DNA of 64,000 nucleotides. Origin: an uncultured Acetobacter sp. (GTDB lineage: Bacteria > Pseudomonadota > Alphaproteobacteria > RF32 > CAG-239). The position numbers were made by a program, and so were the translations under genes. This document shows, one piece after another, positions 59,039-64,000 of this stretch. Under the pieces are notes generated by a model, which was not told the origin of the DNA, ran no database searches, and saw nothing but the letters and a program-made list of their open reading frames with translations. Numbering within the stretch: the stretch's first letter is position 1; every line of letters starts with the position of its first letter. The DNA lies in the NCBI GenBank assembly GCA_964416205.1, contig CAYQDC010000001.1:7822-71821 (forward strand), read 5' to 3'.

Positions 59039-59728
59039 ATGGCAGAAGTTAATTTACCGGCAGTTAATCCGTCAGACGTGCGAACGCAGGCGGGTATTTT
59101 GGAGTTCACGCAAAAGAAGTTCAAAAGCACGATTGAAAAGGTTATTCCGGCGCAGGTTATAAGTTATGATCGCGCCACCAACCGCGCCGAAGTGCAGATT
59201 TTGCCCCTGGACATAACCTCAACAGGTGAAAAGTTGCAACGTCGTCCCCTGCTTAACATTCCGATCCTGACCTTAACCGGTGGCGGTTTTGTGTTCAGTT
59301 TACCGGTAAAAGCGGGCGATGTTGGCTGGATTGTCGCTTCCGATAAGGATATTTCGGTATTTAAACAGACTTTAGCCGAATACACGCCCAACACTTACCG
59401 CCGGCATAAATACGAAGACAGCTTTTTCATACCCGATAACTTAAACGGCTTTACCATTGCCGAAGATGACAACGAAGCCGTGCTGTTATCTTCTGTTGAC
59501 GGCGTAACCAAAATCAGCCTTAAAGACGGCGTCGCCACCATAACCGCCGCGTCGGTTATCGTCAACGGCGAAACCACCATTAACGGCAACACCACTATTA
59601 ACGGCGATTTGAACATATCCGGCACTGCCACGGCCACAACAGAAGTCGTCGGTGGCGGTATAAGCTTAACCGGACACGTCCACGGTGGCGTAACCGGTGG
59701 CAGTGGCACAACAGGAACACCACAATGA
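59039..59728 (+). CDS. baseplate spike (P2 gpV/gp5-like) protein
   Basis: OB-fold-like N-region then beta-helical repeats (TTINGNTTINGDLNISG) and apex LTGHVHGG HxH motif. Confidence 0.55.
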   Translation: MAEVNLPAVNPSDVRTQAGILEFTQKKFKSTIEKVIPAQVISYDRATNRAEVQILPLDITSTGEKLQRRPLLNIPILTLTGGGFVFSLPVKAGDVGWIVASDKDISVFKQTLAEYTPNTYRRHKYEDSFFIPDNLNGFTIAEDDNEAVLLSSVDGVTKISLKDGVATITAASVIVNGETTINGNTTINGDLNISGTATATTEVVGGGISLTGHVHGGVTGGSGTTGTPQ

Positions 59729-60240
59729 ACACAATAGAATTATACTTGCGCGGGCTTTCAGATAAACCTGAAAAGCCCCTCACAACTATGGAACTGTATT
59801 TGCGCGGACTTTCAGACAAACCAAAGAAACCCCTCACGACTATGGAGATGTATTTACAGGGCATTAAGGTTGACCCACCCAAGCCCCGCACCGTTATCGA
59901 GTGCTATTTAGCAGGCGTCGCCTGTGATGAGTGGCAGGAACAAGACCACCCCCGCGACGACGACGGCAAATTTACTTCCTCTGGCCGTAGCTCCACAGGG
60001 CGCAAAAAACCGGTTGCAAAAAGCATCATAAAGTCTAAAATAAATGCAAGACGGCAAAAAGCCGTTTCCCTGTCTCCCCGGGAATATGGTCTTTTACATC
60101 ATGGTCTTAACGAGTATATCGCGGGAAAAGATATTCCCAAAGGTAAAATTATGCAATGGTGGACAGGAGAATATTGTTACGAGGTTTTGATAAATGGATA
60201 TAATGATTATGTCCCATTGATGAAAAGGAAAATACGTTAA
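59725..60240 (+). CDS. 'HPRD' module protein copy 2 (4 N-terminal ELYLRGLSDKP.KPLTTM-type repeats, DHPRDDDGKF, basic C-domain)
   Basis: ATGA overlap with spike stop; >80% nt identity to copy 1 over the N-terminal part. Confidence 0.5.
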   Translation: MNTIELYLRGLSDKPEKPLTTMELYLRGLSDKPKKPLTTMEMYLQGIKVDPPKPRTVIECYLAGVACDEWQEQDHPRDDDGKFTSSGRSSTGRKKPVAKSIIKSKINARRQKAVSLSPREYGLLHHGLNEYIAGKDIPKGKIMQWWTGEYCYEVLINGYNDYVPLMKRKIR

Positions 60241-60473
60241 TGTATGAAAAAGAGCTGGAAGAGGCGTTGCATACAGCGTTTCAAACAGACGCGGAAGCCC
60301 TTGGGTATGAAGATGTTTTTGTTAAGGGCGGGTTGTTGGTATGCGACACGGATGAAAAAAGAAAAAAACTGCTTGACCTTATCAACCGGTACGATTTGAA
60401 CGTCAGCGATATAAATCTGGCTATTGTATATATAAACGATGGCTTAGACCCTGAATTTGAAGAAGATGCCTGA
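60240..60473 (+). CDS. small acidic protein, family member 4 (77 aa)
   Basis: 1-nt overlap (TAATG); C-terminal EKRKKLLDLINRYDLNVSDINLAIVYINDGLDPEFEED aligns with member 1. Confidence 0.5.
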   Translation: MYEKELEEALHTAFQTDAEALGYEDVFVKGGLLVCDTDEKRKKLLDLINRYDLNVSDINLAIVYINDGLDPEFEEDA

Positions 60474-60497
60474 TTTATAAAGCACAACATCAAACCA

Positions 60498-60518
60498 GCC
60501 CCCGCCGGGGGCTTTTTT
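60498..60518 (+). terminator. terminator, second copy of the ~30-nt repeat
   Basis: GCCCC-cgccg-GGGGC + TTTTTT; identical downstream aatggaaaaacg then ATG of next gene. Confidence 0.45.
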
Positions 60519-60533
60519 AATGGAAAAACGACA

Positions 60534-60878
60534 ATGAAAACCATAGCAATTAACGATTCCAACGATATTTACCTCAATACATCGGGCAATTTAATGGTTA
60601 AATCCGATTTAGAGGCAATGGCGGATATTCTGACCAACAAGGCGCAGGGCAATCGGGGCGGTTTGCGCTATGACACAGAAAAGGGCATTGATTTCTTTAA
60701 TACCATATTCGCCAGCCCCTCATACCCTGATTTATTTCAGGCGCAGTTGACAGCAGAGCTTGCTGACACCGACGAGGTGTCCTCTGTTGCGGATTACGAG
60801 GCAGAAACAAACGACGGCGTTTATTCTTACACGGTAAACATTACCACATCTTACGGAGAGGTTACACTTAATGGCTAG
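60534..60878 (+). CDS. baseplate wedge protein (gpW/gp25-like), candidate
   Basis: 114 aa directly before baseplate J. Confidence 0.4.
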   Translation: MKTIAINDSNDIYLNTSGNLMVKSDLEAMADILTNKAQGNRGGLRYDTEKGIDFFNTIFASPSYPDLFQAQLTAELADTDEVSSVADYEAETNDGVYSYTVNITTSYGEVTLNG

Positions 60879-62319
60879 CAATTACAGTTACAACAATTCG
60901 GGGGTTGTTATCCCGGACACGGCAGACGTTCAGGAAGAAGTGCAAAGCGAGTTCACCGAAGCCCTTGGCACGGATTTATCACTGGAGGAGGAAACCCCAC
61001 AGGGGCGGTTGATTGACACAGAAACGCAGGCGCGGGTGGCAACCCTTACTTTTAACGCCGATATGGCCAACGTTTTAATCAACTTCACAACATCATCCGG
61101 CACGGCTTTGGACGCATGGGGGGAGAATTTTAACATCTCCCGGGTTGGTGCTTATGCGTCAACCGTACCGGTATTGGTAACCGGTATTGCCAACACGGTG
61201 ATTCCAGCCGACGCCCAGGCCAGCGCCAACGGCGTTATCTGGCTAAACGAAAGCGAAATCATCATTGGCAGTAACGGCACGGCAACCGGGACTTTCTATT
61301 GTTCAGAAACCGGCGCTATAGAGCTTGGCATTGGTGAGCTGAATACCGTCATCGGCAGTTCCACCCTTGGCGTGTCTGGTTGGGAAACCATTACCAACAC
61401 GGCCGTGGCGACCCCTGGCGCCGACAGGGAAAGCGACACCAGCTATAAAAAACGTATTCTGGCCGGGCTTTTCTCCGGTTCGGCGTTGTTTGGCAATTAT
61501 AAAAGCGCTTGTATTGTCCTGGATAACGTTTCTGACGTATTCACTTACGATAATCCGTACGGCGAAGCCCGCCAGCTTGATAACTGGACGATTCCCGCCC
61601 ATAGCGTATTCGTATGTGTCGAGGGTGGCGACGCCGAAGAAGTTGCGTATGCCTTATATGAAGTCAAATCCGCCGGTTGTGGCTGGAGTGGCAATACCTC
61701 GGTTGTCGTAACCGATAAGACATACAATACCAGCAACCCGGTTGAATTTTACATTCCCGCCAGTGTCAACATTGCGGTTGAACTGGACTTAACCGCAGAA
61801 TCAAGCTCTGACTCTGATTTGGAAAACACGGTAAAAGACGTGATTGTGTCCTATTTTGCCGGAGAATATGCCGATAACAACTATGACGGTTTGGGGATTC
61901 GGGCTTTAATCAGTCCGTCGGTTATATCCGCCGTGGTAACATCACAGGTATCCGGTATCAGTATCACCGGTTGCCGGGTTGGTCTGGTAACGCCTGAACC
62001 TCACGCCATTGCGTCCATTATTAAGGCGTCCATAACCTCGGGTGTAACCTGGGCAAGTGTCGACACCTCAACTTTTGGCAGTGCTGTATCAGCTAATGGT
62101 ACATATAACTTTACATACACCGAGTCGGGCTGGCAGTTATCCGGGGCAGGTGTAGACCTTGCAACTTACGGCGTAACGATTGAGGGAACACCGGTTGAAG
62201 GCGACCTTGTTTCCATTCTTTACGCCGACGGCAATCTGGCGCAGGATCCGATACGGCTGTTCTGCACCGAAACGGCAGCAATTTCAACAGATGACATAAC
62301 GGTAAACATCAATGGCTGA
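60871..62319 (+). CDS. baseplate J-like protein
   Basis: 482 aa, typical size/position; ATGG overlap. Confidence 0.7.
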   Translation: MASNYSYNNSGVVIPDTADVQEEVQSEFTEALGTDLSLEEETPQGRLIDTETQARVATLTFNADMANVLINFTTSSGTALDAWGENFNISRVGAYASTVPVLVTGIANTVIPADAQASANGVIWLNESEIIIGSNGTATGTFYCSETGAIELGIGELNTVIGSSTLGVSGWETITNTAVATPGADRESDTSYKKRILAGLFSGSALFGNYKSACIVLDNVSDVFTYDNPYGEARQLDNWTIPAHSVFVCVEGGDAEEVAYALYEVKSAGCGWSGNTSVVVTDKTYNTSNPVEFYIPASVNIAVELDLTAESSSDSDLENTVKDVIVSYFAGEYADNNYDGLGIRALISPSVISAVVTSQVSGISITGCRVGLVTPEPHAIASIIKASITSGVTWASVDTSTFGSAVSANGTYNFTYTESGWQLSGAGVDLATYGVTIEGTPVEGDLVSILYADGNLAQDPIRLFCTETAAISTDDITVNING

Positions 62320-62926
62320 TATAAAGATACATGATTCCTTTTCCCTGCCGGCGGATTTGCTGACCAATATCACGTGGCAGTATGAAAACGCAGAAAAACT
62401 GAAATCGCTGATAAGTCAGAAAAACGACTGGTATTCCAAAAACCTCAATGATTTCTGGCTGGGTATTGTTGACAATTTCCTCAACATCAGCACGGCAGAC
62501 GACTGGGGGCTTGGTCTGTGGGGCAAAATCCTGAACGTTACGCGAATTTATAACGTCAACGGCGTCCAGACCACATTGTCAACAGATTTATACCGCCGGC
62601 TGATTTTGGGCAAATTGCAGTTACTGTTTTCCAACGGCACCGTCCCGGAGATTAACAGTTACCTCAATTTCATATTCAAAGACCACTCCACGGCAACGAC
62701 AAACGCGTATGTCAAAGACCAGTGCAATATGACAGTTTATTACGTGCTTAATTTCACGCCGACCGACGAAGAACTGGCGTTAATTTATTCGCGTGATTTT
62801 CTGCCCACCCCCGCCGGTGTTGAAGATAAGATTTATCTGTTAGATCAGAGTACAATCTTCGGCTTTAACGAAACCGGCTTTATGCCATGGAGCGTAGCGC
62901 CATTCTGGGACGGACATTATATTTAG
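62312..62926 (+). CDS. tail protein I-like (DUF2612-type) baseplate protein
   Basis: 204 aa following J with overlap, as in P2-like baseplates. Confidence 0.45.
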   Translation: MADIKIHDSFSLPADLLTNITWQYENAEKLKSLISQKNDWYSKNLNDFWLGIVDNFLNISTADDWGLGLWGKILNVTRIYNVNGVQTTLSTDLYRRLILGKLQLLFSNGTVPEINSYLNFIFKDHSTATTNAYVKDQCNMTVYYVLNFTPTDEELALIYSRDFLPTPAGVEDKIYLLDQSTIFGFNETGFMPWSVAPFWDGHYI

Positions 62927-62939
62927 AAAGGCTGGACTT

Positions 62940-63248
62940 ATGGAAAGATTTAAAGATATTATAGGCACATATTCAATCTGGGGCGGTTTTATTGCTATGG
63001 TTACGGTGTTAATCCGCCCTTTTATTTCAATCAGATACACTTTGCGCGATACGGCGATAACATTTCTGGTAAGTATGCTGTCCGGCCTTTTGTGCGAATA
63101 TCTGAACATTTCCGACCCGGTACGCTATGGCCTGTCCGGCGTCTGCGGGTTATTTGCCGTCAGGATTTATATGATAGCCGAAGCAATTTTGAAAAAGCTG
63201 GAAAAAGACCCGGAAAACTTTATCAATCACTGGCGTCAAAAGGAATAG
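62940..63248 (+). CDS. small membrane protein (holin-like topology), 102 aa
   Basis: Three hydrophobic helices, charged C-terminus. Confidence 0.35.
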   Translation: MERFKDIIGTYSIWGGFIAMVTVLIRPFISIRYTLRDTAITFLVSMLSGLLCEYLNISDPVRYGLSGVCGLFAVRIYMIAEAILKKLEKDPENFINHWRQKE

Positions 63249-63393
63249 GGCATAAAAAAGCCCGATGCGACAACACCGGGCTTCCTGTTAAATGAAAGGA
63301 TTATGTAATGATAATAAACTTATTTTATCAACTAAACAAATAGCAAAACAGCAAGCACTTGTCAAGCCCTTTTTTTATCAATTACAAAAATAC

Positions 63394-63422
63394 TTGACAA
63401 TGCTACAATATTGTAGTGTAAT
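63394..63422 (+). promoter_or_regulatory. sigma70 promoter TTGACA-17-TGTAAT with perfect 14-bp palindrome CTACAATATTGTAG in the spacer
   Basis: -35 63394-63399, palindrome 63403-63416, -10 63417-63422; 33 nt upstream of HicB-like ATG. Confidence 0.5.
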
Positions 63423-63455
63423 TTTTTTGCAAAAGAGGATAAAGCGACCATAAAT

Positions 63456-63851
63456 ATGTTAAAATATATCGCATTATTTGAAACAGACGCGGAAGCTGAC
63501 GGGGTAGGTGTTATTTTCCCTGACCTTCCTGGGTGCTTTTCTTCTGGTAAAGATTATGAGGAGGCGGTAAAAAACGCACACGAAGCACTTGCTGATTATC
63601 TTGGCACGCTTAAAGACATTCCCACGCCACGCACATTAGAACAAATCAAAAAAGAATGGCCGGACTGGCAGGAATGGACTGACAATTATTCTTTTACTTT
63701 AGGTTATGTCAGTTATCTTCCAGTTGAAAAGCCACGTAAATATTCTATTTATATGAGTCAGTCCTTAATGGCGCAAATAGACGCCGTTACCGACAATCGT
63801 TCGGCGTTTCTGACAAGAGCTGCTGAACAGGCGTTAGGTTTGACAAATTAG
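63456..63851 (+). CDS. hicB: HicB-family antitoxin-like protein (UPF0150 N-domain + RHH-like C-terminus)
   Basis: YIALFETDAEADGVGVIFPDLPGCFSSGKDYEEAVKNAHEAL typical HicB N-domain; C-terminal SIYMSQSLMAQID...AAEQALG RHH-like. Confidence 0.65.
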   Translation: MLKYIALFETDAEADGVGVIFPDLPGCFSSGKDYEEAVKNAHEALADYLGTLKDIPTPRTLEQIKKEWPDWQEWTDNYSFTLGYVSYLPVEKPRKYSIYMSQSLMAQIDAVTDNRSAFLTRAAEQALGLTN

Positions 63852-64000
63852 AAAAGAGCTTGACAAGGTAACATCACAGCCTTATTTTTTACTTGACTCT
63901 GCAAGAAAAATAAGGTATCTTAACCTCAGAAGAAGTTAAGGTTATGGCTTAGCTCCTTTCAGGTTAGATAAATGCCGGTGTTCGTTCCACCGGCATAAAC

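Larger units (their letters stand above)
27336..64000. mobile_element. integrated temperate prophage (myovirus-like, P2-like baseplate genes); right end beyond window
   Basis: att-like tRNA fragment, recombinase+integrase, cI/cro switch, replication, terminase-portal-capsid, sheath/tube/TMP, baseplate V/W/J/I in canonical order; higher GC than the flanking chromosome. Confidence 0.85.

Overview
The first ~27.3 kb looks like low-GC bacterial chromosome. From ~27.34 kb to the end of the window there is an integrated temperate prophage with a contractile tail; its far end lies outside the window.

Chromosomal part, in order:
- a 5'-truncated polyprenyl-diphosphate synthase (ispA-like);
- a ~5-kb block of uncharacterised and polytopic-membrane proteins;
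- a TerC-family protein, galE, and dnaB preceded by three DnaA boxes;
- two tandem YcgN/UPF0260-like Cys-rich paralogs and a YgjP/DUF45 metallohydrolase;
- bamE, then yceD, rpmF, plsX, fabH, ihfA and a merR-family gene. I associate fabH followed directly by ihfA with Alphaproteobacteria (inference);
- a GT-C-like membrane glycosyltransferase with an A10 tract at codons 3-6, and a second large membrane protein;
- clpB, a membrane-anchored spermidine-synthase-like protein, one uncharacterised protein, and a decayed stretch.

Prophage part, in order:
- a 49-nt tRNA-3'-half-like putative att core;
- a serine recombinase directly followed by a tyrosine integrase, plus an AlpA-like excision regulator;
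- a leftward early operon (MazG-like, NinB-like, Bro-N antirepressor, Gp157-like, ERF-like);
- a cI (HTH + S24 peptidase) and cro-like switch, with an ATAGCA/TGCTAT operator motif repeated at both OR-like and OL-like positions;
- a replication module whose initiator gene carries an internal 8 x 12-bp iteron array plus an AT-rich tract, followed by a standalone DnaA-domain-IV-like protein;
- an AT-rich three-gene cassette of unknown function in the accessory slot;
- a DUF4160/DUF2442 pair;
- small and large terminase, portal, Mu F-like protein, scaffold-like and capsid genes;
- sheath, tube, a chaperone with a GGGTTTA -1 frameshift site, and a tape measure with tandem repeats;
- P2-like spike, W, J and I baseplate genes;
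- a promoter-driven HicB antitoxin.

The most unusual feature is a paralogous family of 'HPRDxDGKF' linker + basic ~70-aa C-terminal modules. It occurs three times: standalone, fused to the portal C-terminus, and immediately after the baseplate spike. Each copy is translationally coupled to a member of a four-member family of ~77-84-aa acidic proteins. The arrangement is toxin/immunity-like, and two of the cassettes share a ~30-nt terminator/RBS repeat.
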